Positions 49,745 to 59,008 of a stretch of DNA of 59,008 bases are shown here, in pieces. The stretch lies in assembly GCA_964481005.1 (NCBI GenBank), contig CAYZRY010000004.1:1-59008 (forward strand), in the 5' to 3' direction. Below the pieces are notes generated by a model. The model was not told the origin of the DNA. It saw only the letters and a program-made list of their open reading frames with translations, and did not search any database. This stretch comes from an uncultured Muribaculaceae bacterium (lineage in GTDB: Bacteria > Bacillota_I > Bacilli_A > RF39 > UBA660). Position numbers and translations under genes: made by a program. Position 1 is the first letter of the stretch, and each line of letters starts with the position of its first letter.

Positions 49745-52700
49745 AATCCATCAATTCACTCTCCAATTGATCAAGTGGTTCTTCATCTATAAATTGAGCA
49801 GATAATTCGTATTCAACATTGCGATAATCTTTAACTCCTGTTCCAGCTGGTATTAATTTACCAATTAGAACATTCTCTTTAAGACCTTCTAATGTATCAA
49901 CTTTTCCTTTGATAGCAGCATCAGTAAGGATTCTTGTAGTCTCCTGGAATGATGCAGCAGCTAGGAATGAATCTGTCTCAAGTGAAGCTTTTGTAATACC
50001 AAGCAATATCGGTTGACCGATTGCTGGTGTTTTACCCTTAAGTACAACTTCTTTATTACCATCAGTAAATTCTCTGAAGTTAACAAGTGATCCTGGTAAG
50101 AACTTAGTGTTCCCTGGTTCGAGGATCTTCATCTTCGAAATCATGCGTCTAGCAATAATTTCTATATGTTTATCAGAAATATCTACACCTTGGCTACGAT
50201 ATGTACCTTGGACTTCTTTAAGAATATATTCTTGAGCAGTAAGTGGGTCAGTAACAGCAAGTAATTCCTTAGGACTGATTGCTCCTTCACTAAGTTTATC
50301 TCCTGATACAACCATATCACCTTTTTCAACACGAAGTTTAACTCCGTAGTTAGTAACATGCTCTCTTGATTCGACATCATTTTTAACAGTGATACGGAAT
50401 TTACCATGATCTTCATCGATCTCAGTAACTTTTCCATCAATTTCAGCAATTGTCGATTTACCTTTTGGAATACGCGCTTCAAATAATTCTTGAATACGTG
50501 GTAACCCTTGAGTAATATCGTCTCCACCAGCAATTCCACCAGTGTGGAACGTTCTCATGGTAAGCTGAGTTCCAGGCTCTCCAATCGCTTGGGCAGCCAT
50601 AACTCCAACTGCTTCACCAATTTCAACAATGTTTCCTGTGGCAAGATTTCGACCATAACATTTTTTACAAACACCATTAACTGTATTACATGAAAGAATC
50701 GAACGAATCTCAACTTCAGTAATGCCAGCGGCTACAATCTTCTCAGCAATTGAATCAGTAATTAACGCACCTTTTTCAAGGATAGTTGCTTTAGTTGTCG
50801 GATTGACAATCTTTTTATTTGTATATCTACCAACGATACGGTCATATAATTTTTCAATTACTTCACCTGTTTTATCGTTGATAAAGTCTTTGACAACAAC
50901 TCCGTTTTCAGTACCACAATCATCTTCTCTAACGATAATGTTTTGTGCTACGTCGACAAGTCTTCTCGTCAAGTAACCAGAGTCAGCTGTTTTAAGCGCA
51001 GTATCGGCAGATCCTTTACGAGCACTATGGGTCGAAAGGAAGAATTCTGCTACTGATAGTCCTTCTCTAAATGAAGATAATACTGGAATTTCCATTGTAT
51101 CTCCATTAGGTTTTGACATCAGTCCACGCATACCAGCGATCTGTGTGAAGTTCGAAATCGAACCACGAGCTTTTGAGTGCATCATCATAAAGATTGGGTT
51201 ATCAAGATCTTCTTTAGCTTTTTGCTCAAGTTCATTTTGAACCTTATCTTTACATGAATGCCAAGTTTCAAGAACTTTCTCAAGACGCTCTTCTTCAGTA
51301 ATAAGTCCACGACTGAACTGTTTTCCAATTTGGGCAACAGTTGCTTTCGCTTCTTCGATTAATTCTGGCTTCTTTTCACTGACAACAATGTCACTCATCG
51401 ATACAGTAATACCAGCGACAGTCGAATATTTAAATCCTAAGTCTTTCATCTTATCAAGCATGATAGATGTTTCAGTAGTTCTATATCTTTTGAACACTTG
51501 GGCAATAAGTGAACTTAGTGTTCCTTTTAGAAAAGGTTTAACTGGGTTCATCTCTGCGATTGCCTTTGGAATATCGACACCTTGATCTAAGAAATATTGA
51601 TTAGGTGTAATATTTTGAATGTTATCACTAGTTGGCTCGTTGATATATGGGAATGAGTCTGGGAAAATCTCATTAAATTTGATTTTTCCAACAGTAGTAA
51701 CTAAATACTTACCTTTTTGACTTTCAGTAAACAGTTTATGCTTGAACGAATTAACTGGAATAGCAATTCGCGCATGTAAACTAATTTCTTTTCTCTCATA
51801 TGCCATAAGAGCTTCATTTGTATTTTTAAATACTCTTCCTTCACCTTCAACACCTGGTTTTTCCATTGTGATGTAGTAGTTTCCAAGAACCATGTCTTGT
51901 GAAGGAGTAACGATTGGTCCACCATCTTTTGGACTCAAAATGTTATTGGCACCAAGCATTAGCATTCTAGCTTCAGCCTGTGCTTCTTCAGAAAGCGGAA
52001 CGTGCACAGCCATTTGGTCTCCGTCGAAGTCGGCATTGAAGGCAGTACATACAAGCGGATGAAGTCTAATAGCTTTTCCACCAATTAATACTGGTTCAAA
52101 TGCTTGAATTCCTAGGCGGTGAAGTGTCGGAGCACGGTTAAGTAGAACTGGATGTTCTTTGATAACTTCTTCGACAATATCCCAAACTTGTGGATCACGA
52201 TGCTCAATCAAGCGTTTAGCCGCTTTGATATTGTGAGCTAGTTCTTTTTCAACAAGTCCGTTGATAACGTGTGGTTTGAATAATTCAAGAGCCATCTCTT
52301 TAGGTATTCCACACTGATACATTTTTAGGTTAGGTCCTACGACGATAACACTACGTCCTGAGTAGTCAACACGTTTTCCAAGTAGGTTTTGACGGAAACG
52401 ACCTTGTTTCCCTTTTAACATACTAGAAAGTGACTTAAGAGGACGATTTCCAGCACCAGTGACACTTCTTCCACGTCTTCCGTTGTCAAATAATGCGTCA
52501 ACCGCTTCTTGTAACATACGTTTTTCGTTCTGAATAATGATTCCTGGAGCTCTAAGTTCGATTAGCTTCTTCAAACGATTATTACGATTGATTACACGAC
52601 GGTAAAGATCGTTCAAATCTGATGTAGCGAATCGACCACCATCAAGCTGGATCATCGGTCTTAAATCTGGCGGGATAACCGGAATGACATTTAGAATCAT

Positions 52701-53375
52701 CCATTCTGGTTTTTGTCCTGACTGATGGAAAGCATTTAATACATCTAATCTTTTAACTAGTCTTGTACGCTTCTGTCCAACAGCACTTTGCAATTCAGCA
52801 TTGATTGCATCTATTTCTTTTTTAAGATCAACTTTTTTAAGTAGTTCCCTGATTGCTTCAGCACCCATACCAACAGTGAATCCGTCTCCATATTTTTCAT
52901 AAAATTGACGATATTCTCTCTCTGATAGAGTCTGTTTGTCCTCAAGTGGAGCAATACCTTTATCAATTACTACATAACTGACAAAATATAGTACTTCTTC
53001 CAAATCTCTCGGACTCATATCTAGAACTAGTCCCATACGTGATGGAACACCTTTAAAGAACCAAATATGTGAGACCGGTGAAGCAAGGTCGATATGACCC
53101 ATGCGTTCACGTCTTACTTTAGCTCTTGTAACTTCGACACCACAACGGTCACAGACGATATTCTTATAACGAACACGTTTGTATTTACCGCAGGCACACT
53201 CGAAATCTTTAGTTGGTCCAAAAATCTTTTCGCAGAAGAGTCCATCTCTTTCTGGCTTTAATGTACGATAGTTGATTGTCTCTGGTTTTGTAACTTCTCC
53301 ATAAGACCAATCCATTATCTTCTCAGGTGAGGCAATACCTATTTTTAATGCTTCAAACTCATTTACTGGTATCAT
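49743..53375 (-). CDS. rpoC: RNA polymerase beta' subunit
   Basis: Zn-binding Cys motifs, [22 protein letters not shown]. Confidence 0.99.
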   Translation of the reverse strand: MIPVNEFEALKIGIASPEKIMDWSYGEVTKPETINYRTLKPERDGLFCEKIFGPTKDFECACGKYKRVRYKNIVCDRCGVEVTRAKVRRERMGHIDLASPVSHIWFFKGVPSRMGLVLDMSPRDLEEVLYFVSYVVIDKGIAPLEDKQTLSEREYRQFYEKYGDGFTVGMGAEAIRELLKKVDLKKEIDAINAELQSAVGQKRTRLVKRLDVLNAFHQSGQKPEWMILNVIPVIPPDLRPMIQLDGGRFATSDLNDLYRRVINRNNRLKKLIELRAPGIIIQNEKRMLQEAVDALFDNGRRGRSVTGAGNRPLKSLSSMLKGKQGRFRQNLLGKRVDYSGRSVIVVGPNLKMYQCGIPKEMALELFKPHVINGLVEKELAHNIKAAKRLIEHRDPQVWDIVEEVIKEHPVLLNRAPTLHRLGIQAFEPVLIGGKAIRLHPLVCTAFNADFDGDQMAVHVPLSEEAQAEARMLMLGANNILSPKDGGPIVTPSQDMVLGNYYITMEKPGVEGEGRVFKNTNEALMAYERKEISLHARIAIPVNSFKHKLFTESQKGKYLVTTVGKIKFNEIFPDSFPYINEPTSDNIQNITPNQYFLDQGVDIPKAIAEMNPVKPFLKGTLSSLIAQVFKRYRTTETSIMLDKMKDLGFKYSTVAGITVSMSDIVVSEKKPELIEEAKATVAQIGKQFSRGLITEEERLEKVLETWHSCKDKVQNELEQKAKEDLDNPIFMMMHSKARGSISNFTQIAGMRGLMSKPNGDTMEIPVLSSFREGLSVAEFFLSTHSARKGSADTALKTADSGYLTRRLVDVAQNIIVREDDCGTENGVVVKDFINDKTGEVIEKLYDRIVGRYTNKKIVNPTTKATILEKGALITDSIAEKIVAAGITEVEIRSILSCNTVNGVCKKCYGRNLATGNIVEIGEAVGVMAAQAIGEPGTQLTMRTFHTGGIAGGDDITQGLPRIQELFEARIPKGKSTIAEIDGKVTEIDEDHGKFRITVKNDVESREHVTNYGVKLRVEKGDMVVSGDKLSEGAISPKELLAVTDPLTAQEYILKEVQGTYRSQGVDISDKHIEIIARRMISKMKILEPGNTKFLPGSLVNFREFTDGNKEVVLKGKTPAIGQPILLGITKASLETDSFLAAASFQETTRILTDAAIKGKVDTLEGLKENVLIGKLIPAGTGVKDYRNVEYELSAQFIDEEPLDQLESELMD

Positions 53376-53377
53376 AT

Positions 53378-56300
53378 TTATTCATCCCCCTCCATTACAT
53401 TTTCAAACATATCATTGTCATCATAGACTAAGATTTCTTCTTCAGGCTCTTCTTCAATAGGTTCCTCTTCGATTTTACGAGCAGGAATCTCTATATCATT
53501 AAAACTTGGGTTGTAATCTTCTTTGTATTCATCTTCTTCTATTTTCTTAAGTCCGTGTTCTTTTCCATCTTGATCGACAATACTAAGTTCAAGTCCAAGT
53601 GATTGTAGCTCTTTCATAAGAACTCTAAACGACTCAGGTACTCCAGCTTGGTTGATTGTCTCTCCCTTAACGATAGATTCAAATACTTTGACACGTCCAA
53701 TGACATCATCTGATTTAACAGTTAAAATTTCTTGTAATATGTTAGCTGCTCCATAGGCTTCAAGTGCCCAAACTTCCATCTCTCCAAATCTCTGTCCACC
53801 GAACTGAGCTTTTCCTCCGAGCGGTTGTTGAGTAACTAGTGAGTATGGTCCAGTTGCACGGGCATGAAGTTTATCATCAACCATGTGATGCAACTTAAGC
53901 ATGTACATGACACCAACAGCAATACGGTTATGGAAGGCATCTCCAGTACGACCATCATATAGAACAGTCTTTCCGTCAGCAGCCATTCCAGCTTCCTTCA
54001 TCATCTTTTCGATATCAGCAGGTACAGCACCATCAAATACTGGTGTTTCAATATGTACACCCTTCTTCTTAGCAGCCATTCCAAGATGTAATTCCAAAAT
54101 CTGACCAAGGTTCATACGCGAAGGTACACCTTGTGGATTAAGCATGATATCAACAGGTCTTCCATCTGGTAAGTACGGCATGTCTTCAGCTGGCAATATT
54201 AGTGAGATAACACCTTTATTACCGTGACGTCCTGCCATTTTATCTCCAACTTGGATTTTACGTTTCTGAGCAATATATACTCTAATTATTTTAGTAACTC
54301 CAGCTGGCATTTCATCATTATCTTTACGTGAGAATACTTTGACATCGTGAACAATACCATCTCCACCATGTGGAACACGTAGTGATGTATCTCTAACTTC
54401 TCTAGTCTTCTCTCCAAAGATTGCATGTAATAGTTTTTCTTCCGAAGTAAGTTCAACCATTCCCTTTGGTGTAACTTTACCAACTAAAATGTCCCCTTCT
54501 TTAACTTCAGTTCCAACGACAACAATTCCGTTTGCATCTAAGTTTTTACGAGCTTCATCACTGACATTAGGAATGTCTCTAGTGATTTCTTCAGGTCCAA
54601 GCTTAGTTTCACGACATTGCATTTCGTAGTCTTCTAGATGAATACTTGTATAGACATCATCTTTGACTAAATTTTCATTTAGGATAACAGCATCTTCATA
54701 GTTAAACCCATCAAAAGTCATAAAGGCAATTGTGACGTTCTTACCAAGAGCTAGTTCTCCAAGATCAGTACTAGGTCCATCAGCAATGACAGAACCTCTC
54801 TTAACCTCTTCTCCTACTTTGACAATTGGTTTTTGATGCTTACAGTTACCAGCATTTGATAATTCAAAGTTTGATAGATAGTATTCATCTTTACCTAATT
54901 TATTTTTAATAATAATTTTTCTTGCATCGACATAATCGACAATTCCATCAGCTTTAGCGACAACTACCGCTCCAGAATCACGAGCTGCTACATGTTCAAC
55001 ACCAGTTCCGATAATCGGAGCTTCTGCTCTCAGAAGTGGAACTGACTGACGTTGCATGTTTGCTCCCATCAAGGCACGAGTTGCATCATCATGCTCTAAG
55101 AATGGAATAGCACTAGCTGTAATCGAAACAATCTGTTGTGGAGATACGTCGACGTAATCAACGCGCTCAGGTGAGACAAGAATGTTTTCACCACGATATC
55201 TAGCTGGAACTGTTTCATCGATCATAACGTTTTTAGAATCGATATTGACAGTTGCTAAAGAGATGATTAAATCTTCTTCTTCATCAGCAGTTAAATAATC
55301 AATTTGATCAGTAAATTTTTTGTTTTCAACTTTTCTATATGGAGTTAGGATAAATCCATAATCATCAACTTTAGCATAAGCTGCAAGTGATGTGATAAGT
55401 CCGATATTTTGACCTTCCGGTGACTCAATTGGACAAATTCTTCCGTAATGCGATTCATTTACGTCACGCACTTCAATCCCAGCTCTATCTCTCGATAATC
55501 CACCAGGTCCAAGCGCTGATAAACGACGTTTGTGTGTAAGCTCAGCAATCGGATTGATCTGCTCCATGAATTGTGACAATTGGCTACTTCCAAAAAACTC
55601 TTTAATAGCCGCTGTAATAGGTCTTATATTAATAAGTGTTTTTGGTGTAACTTCATCAATTTCTTGAGTAGTCATTCTCTCTCTGACAACTCTTTCCATT
55701 CTCGAAACACCAACTCTAAATTGATTTTGTAATAATTCACCAACTTGACGGATACGTCTATTTCCTAAGTGGTCAATTTCATCAAACGTTCCAAATCCTG
55801 CAAGTAAATTCAAATAGTATGATACAGATGCATAAATATCAGAAATAGTTAAACGTTTAACATCGATATTTTGATCGTTACCAATCAAGGTGATTTTCTC
55901 TTTAGCATTTGCTGGATTGACAACATCAAGTGTTTGAATCTTATTGTATGTATCTAGTTCAGTATTAGCTTTAGCTTCAGTTAAGTTATATCCTTCAGCG
56001 AAGATAGGCTTAAGAGTATCTAGTACATCTTTATCGATAACTGTTCCTTTAGCTACTACAACCTTCTTATCTACTTTAATATCTTCAGCTAGAGTCATAC
56101 CGAAAGCTCTATCTAAGACATTTAACTTCTTATTGAACTTATATCTTCCTACTTTAGCTAAATCATATCTAAAGTCATCAAAGAATCTAGTGATAATGTG
56201 ATTTTTTGATGAATCTAGTGTAGATGGCTCACCTGGTCTTAATTTTTCATATATTTCAATTAATGCTTCATCGATATTTCTAGTCGTATCTTTAGCTAGA

Positions 56301-56962
56301 GTATTTTCGATAAAGTCATCTTTACCAAACATCTTTACGATATCTTCATTAGTAGACAGACCAAAAGCTCTAAGCAATGTCGTTAGAGTAACTTTTCTCG
56401 TTCTATCAATACGAACGTATAATACATCTTTAGAATCTGTTTCAAATTCTAACCATGTTCCATGGTTAGGAATAATTTGTGACGTAATTAAAACTCGACC
56501 ACTTTTTGGGTCAACTTCTTTATTATAGTAAACACTTGGAGAACGAACTAATTGTGAAACCACAACACGTTCTACACCATTGATAACGAAAGTTCCACTT
56601 TCAGTCATCATCGGTAAATCACCAAGGAATATTTCCTGCTCTTTTACTTCACCAGTTTCATGGTTAAAGAGTCTTACTTGTACCTTTAGAGGAACAGCAT
56701 AAGTCGTCTCACGATCCTTGCTCTCTTTGACAGAGTAACGAGGTTCATCGAAATGATAATCACCGAACTCTAGCGATAAAGTTCCAGAAAAGTTTTCAAC
56801 TGGAAATAAATCTTCAAATACTTCTTTTATCCCCTCTTCTGTGAACCTTTGGAATGATTTTTTCTGTATCTCGAGTAGATCAGATAATCCATAATCTTTC
56901 TTAATTTTTGAAAAGCTAACACGTTGGCGATGATCACCACTATTTACAACTTTATATGCCAC
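53378..56962 (-). CDS. rpoB: RNA polymerase beta subunit (GTG start)
   Basis: [34 protein letters not shown]. Confidence 0.99.
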   Translation of the reverse strand: MAYKVVNSGDHRQRVSFSKIKKDYGLSDLLEIQKKSFQRFTEEGIKEVFEDLFPVENFSGTLSLEFGDYHFDEPRYSVKESKDRETTYAVPLKVQVRLFNHETGEVKEQEIFLGDLPMMTESGTFVINGVERVVVSQLVRSPSVYYNKEVDPKSGRVLITSQIIPNHGTWLEFETDSKDVLYVRIDRTRKVTLTTLLRAFGLSTNEDIVKMFGKDDFIENTLAKDTTRNIDEALIEIYEKLRPGEPSTLDSSKNHIITRFFDDFRYDLAKVGRYKFNKKLNVLDRAFGMTLAEDIKVDKKVVVAKGTVIDKDVLDTLKPIFAEGYNLTEAKANTELDTYNKIQTLDVVNPANAKEKITLIGNDQNIDVKRLTISDIYASVSYYLNLLAGFGTFDEIDHLGNRRIRQVGELLQNQFRVGVSRMERVVRERMTTQEIDEVTPKTLINIRPITAAIKEFFGSSQLSQFMEQINPIAELTHKRRLSALGPGGLSRDRAGIEVRDVNESHYGRICPIESPEGQNIGLITSLAAYAKVDDYGFILTPYRKVENKKFTDQIDYLTADEEEDLIISLATVNIDSKNVMIDETVPARYRGENILVSPERVDYVDVSPQQIVSITASAIPFLEHDDATRALMGANMQRQSVPLLRAEAPIIGTGVEHVAARDSGAVVVAKADGIVDYVDARKIIIKNKLGKDEYYLSNFELSNAGNCKHQKPIVKVGEEVKRGSVIADGPSTDLGELALGKNVTIAFMTFDGFNYEDAVILNENLVKDDVYTSIHLEDYEMQCRETKLGPEEITRDIPNVSDEARKNLDANGIVVVGTEVKEGDILVGKVTPKGMVELTSEEKLLHAIFGEKTREVRDTSLRVPHGGDGIVHDVKVFSRKDNDEMPAGVTKIIRVYIAQKRKIQVGDKMAGRHGNKGVISLILPAEDMPYLPDGRPVDIMLNPQGVPSRMNLGQILELHLGMAAKKKGVHIETPVFDGAVPADIEKMMKEAGMAADGKTVLYDGRTGDAFHNRIAVGVMYMLKLHHMVDDKLHARATGPYSLVTQQPLGGKAQFGGQRFGEMEVWALEAYGAANILQEILTVKSDDVIGRVKVFESIVKGETINQAGVPESFRVLMKELQSLGLELSIVDQDGKEHGLKKIEEDEYKEDYNPSFNDIEIPARKIEEEPIEEEPEEEILVYDDNDMFENVMEGDE

Positions 56963-57057
56963 TAAATTTCACCCCTACACACATATTTTAATCAAAGAAC
57001 ATATAGTTAAACTAATACGTTGCCAATTTATATTATTAACATATTTTTTACAATTAG

Positions 57058-57645
57058 TCAAACGATTTTACACCGAATAACAAAAAAACCTTTATTTTTA
57101 TTGATAACTTCAACATTATAGACCTTTTCTAGGTCCTTTATAGCTGAAAGCGCCCCTTGCTCCTTGCGTATAACTAAATAAAGGGAACCATCTTTTTTTA
57201 GATGATTTTGAGCTTCAAAGAGAATTTTATATACTACTTCTTTTCCTGCCCGAATTGGTGGATTAGTTATGATTGTATCGAACTTGTCAGAAACACTTTC
57301 ATAAACATTACTCTTAATAAAATCAGCACCATCGATTTTATTAAGTTTGATGTTACGTTTAGCCAAATGGATGGCTCGATCATTGACATCAACACCTAAA
57401 ACCTTTGCTCCACTAAGTTTAGCCGATATGATGCTGATCGGTCCATAACCACAGCCTACATCTAAGACAGTTTCGCCAAGACTTTGATAATCTAAACTCT
57501 CCAAAAGGAGTCTAGTCCCAAAATCTAAACCTTTTTTAGAAAAGACACCATTATCAGTATAAAAACTAAATTTATTATCAAGAATTGTCACATCGTGAAT
57601 CTTCAAGTTACTTTTTAAATGATCATTTTCAAAATATTGACTCAT
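57058..57645 (-). CDS. RsmC/YbxB-like class I SAM-dependent methyltransferase
   Basis: GVFS..GLD.GT, LDVGCGYG, TNPPIRAGK; ybxB position upstream of rpoB; start MSQYF after AGGAG. Confidence 0.9.
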   Translation of the reverse strand: MSQYFENDHLKSNLKIHDVTILDNKFSFYTDNGVFSKKGLDFGTRLLLESLDYQSLGETVLDVGCGYGPISIISAKLSGAKVLGVDVNDRAIHLAKRNIKLNKIDGADFIKSNVYESVSDKFDTIITNPPIRAGKEVVYKILFEAQNHLKKDGSLYLVIRKEQGALSAIKDLEKVYNVEVINKNKGFFVIRCKIV

Positions 57646-57664
57646 TAATACTCCTAAACAAAAG

Positions 57665-57700
57665 AAAGAGTTAACTAATATAAATATAGTTAACTCCTTT
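57665..57700 (-). terminator. hairpin or terminator after the surface-protein gene
   Basis: GAGTTAACTA-N9-TAGTTAACTC followed by TTTCTTT. Confidence 0.6.
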
Positions 57701-57744
57701 CGCTCTATAATGATACTACATATATTTATTATTTGCAAGTTGTT

Positions 57745-59007
57745 TTACGATAACCAGCAAGAGTAGTAACTTGTGCAAACTTGTGCTCCGTATCTGGCTT
57801 CGAGTGTCCACGTTGTACATCCCAAAATATGAGAGGCGTCATTACATTTTATAAACGGCCAATCAGATGGACATATATAAGTTTGACCTGCTAATTCAAT
57901 AGGCACTAAACACCTTTGATTATAACCAATTATCGGAGAATCGTAAGAAGCACACCCACAGGCGCTGTGCGTACCCCAATATTTAACTGTATATGCTCCC
58001 GAATATCTCGTTGCAGCATTTCCGGCGACATCAACACAATATTTTGATGTAGTTTGACCATTACCTGTATAAAACGTAGTGCTTCCAACAGCAGTTCCAG
58101 ATACACCGGACAATGCATCATTACAAGTTCCACTGACCACGAGAGGTGTAGAGTAAAAACTGTATCCAGATACCGGATACTTATCTGTTGTCCAACTAAC
58201 CCACGGTGCTGTTTTATCTATATATGTGTTATGCGTGTTAGTACAAGCTTTTGTATTACCTGCTTTATCCGATATAGTTATTGTTAAACTTTGTGTTTTT
58301 GCTTCAGCAGTTGCTGTCGTAGCAAATGTTGATGAAGTACATCCACTGTTAGCGTCACTACAAGCTACATTAACTGATACATTTGTGTTTAACCAAGTCG
58401 TTCTTCCTCCGCCCACAGCTCCACAGACAGGCGCGACCGCATCTACGTAAACTGTGTTAGAACACGATACAGTTCTTCCGGCATTATCTTGAACATAACC
58501 ATACCACTTAGCTCCGGCTGCCGCAGTATTTACTTGGCTACCTGTTGCTAAAGTATTATATGTTGCTGTCGTCGATGTGGTTAGACCATAAGCCTTAACT
58601 CCACTTATTGAATCTGCTCTAGTTAAATTAACTGTCGCCGGGCTAGATTTAAGCCAGCCATTTGTACCTGCTGTTCCTGTAAACGAGACCGAACACGTTG
58701 GATTTGTCTTATCAAGTTTTACAGTGAGTGAACAAACCCCTTCATTTCCGGCATTATCTTTTACAATACCGCGCCACGTAACACCTGTTGTTGCTGTACT
58801 TTCGGTGGCTGTTGCCAAATTATTATACGCAGCTGTTGTCCTTGCTAGACCAAATGCCGCTACACCACTGGTTACATCATTTCTAGTTAATGTCATAGGG
58901 ATATCTACAATATACCAACTATTTAAGCCTGTTGGCGCTGCATTTGCAGCTAACGTACATGTCGGTTTTGTCGCATCCTTTTTAAAGGTAACGCTACATA
59001 CTCCTTC
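57745..59007 (-). CDS. 3' part of a large Ig-like-repeat surface protein with a Cys-rich C-terminus (5' end outside the window)
   Basis: Frame stays open to the window edge (EGVCSVTFKKDATKPTC...); repeated D-x-A-G-[NR]...D-x-x-x-P-x-C units. Confidence 0.8.
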   Translation of the reverse strand, partial: EGVCSVTFKKDATKPTCTLAANAAPTGLNSWYIVDIPMTLTRNDVTSGVAAFGLARTTAAYNNLATATESTATTGVTWRGIVKDNAGNEGVCSLTVKLDKTNPTCSVSFTGTAGTNGWLKSSPATVNLTRADSISGVKAYGLTTSTTATYNTLATGSQVNTAAAGAKWYGYVQDNAGRTVSCSNTVYVDAVAPVCGAVGGGRTTWLNTNVSVNVACSDANSGCTSSTFATTATAEAKTQSLTITISDKAGNTKACTNTHNTYIDKTAPWVSWTTDKYPVSGYSFYSTPLVVSGTCNDALSGVSGTAVGSTTFYTGNGQTTSKYCVDVAGNAATRYSGAYTVKYWGTHSACGCASYDSPIIGYNQRCLVPIELAGQTYICPSDWPFIKCNDASHILGCTTWTLEARYGAQVCTSYYSCWLS

Positions 59008-59008
59008 A

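Noticed and set aside
57745-57990. Diversity-generating retroelement target at the surface-protein C-terminus
   Set aside because: No template repeat or reverse transcriptase in the window, and no C-type-lectin-like motif
1-59008. Alternative genetic code (UGA=Trp), CRISPR arrays, IS elements, prophage, rRNA
   Set aside because: Conserved genes end properly at TGA and translate fully in code 11; no spaced repeats, transposase, integrase, phage or rRNA sequence was recognised by eye

Overview
AT-rich core-genome window from a low-GC Bacillota chromosome. It uses genetic code 11: TGA terminates map and secY, and tRNA-Trp has anticodon CCA. Gene order, loss of L30 and a tmRNA tag ending in FA suggest a reduced Bacilli lineage such as RF39 (inference only). 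Almost all genes lie on the minus strand. Reading from the right end: a truncated Ig-repeat surface protein, an rsmC-like methyltransferase, rpoB-rpoC, a pilin-like gene and the str operon. Next comes a ~19 kb block (SDR, FemAB, secG-rnr-capA-smpB-ssrA, pssA-psd, pyrG, tRNA-Thr, NUDIX, DHHW/MBOAT O-acyltransferase pair, cdaA-cdaR, S41 protease). Then follow the S10-spc-alpha clusters, an ECF-like module, truA-rplM-rpsI, and an Abi_2(HEPN)-htrA-XRE/membrane-tRNA-Trp cluster. I saw no integrase, transposase, CRISPR array or rRNA. Most notable: (1) an intact ecfA1-ecfA2-ecfT module whose two ATPases have lost catalytic motifs; (2) an AbiD/AbiF-family HEPN gene overlapping htrA with no room for a cis antitoxin RNA; (3) CTP synthase with the glutaminase Cys replaced by Gly, plus a two-state leader; (4) S12 with Ile at the near-invariant Pro90 position, alongside other changes in antibiotic-target motifs. 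All family calls come from motif recognition, not database searches.
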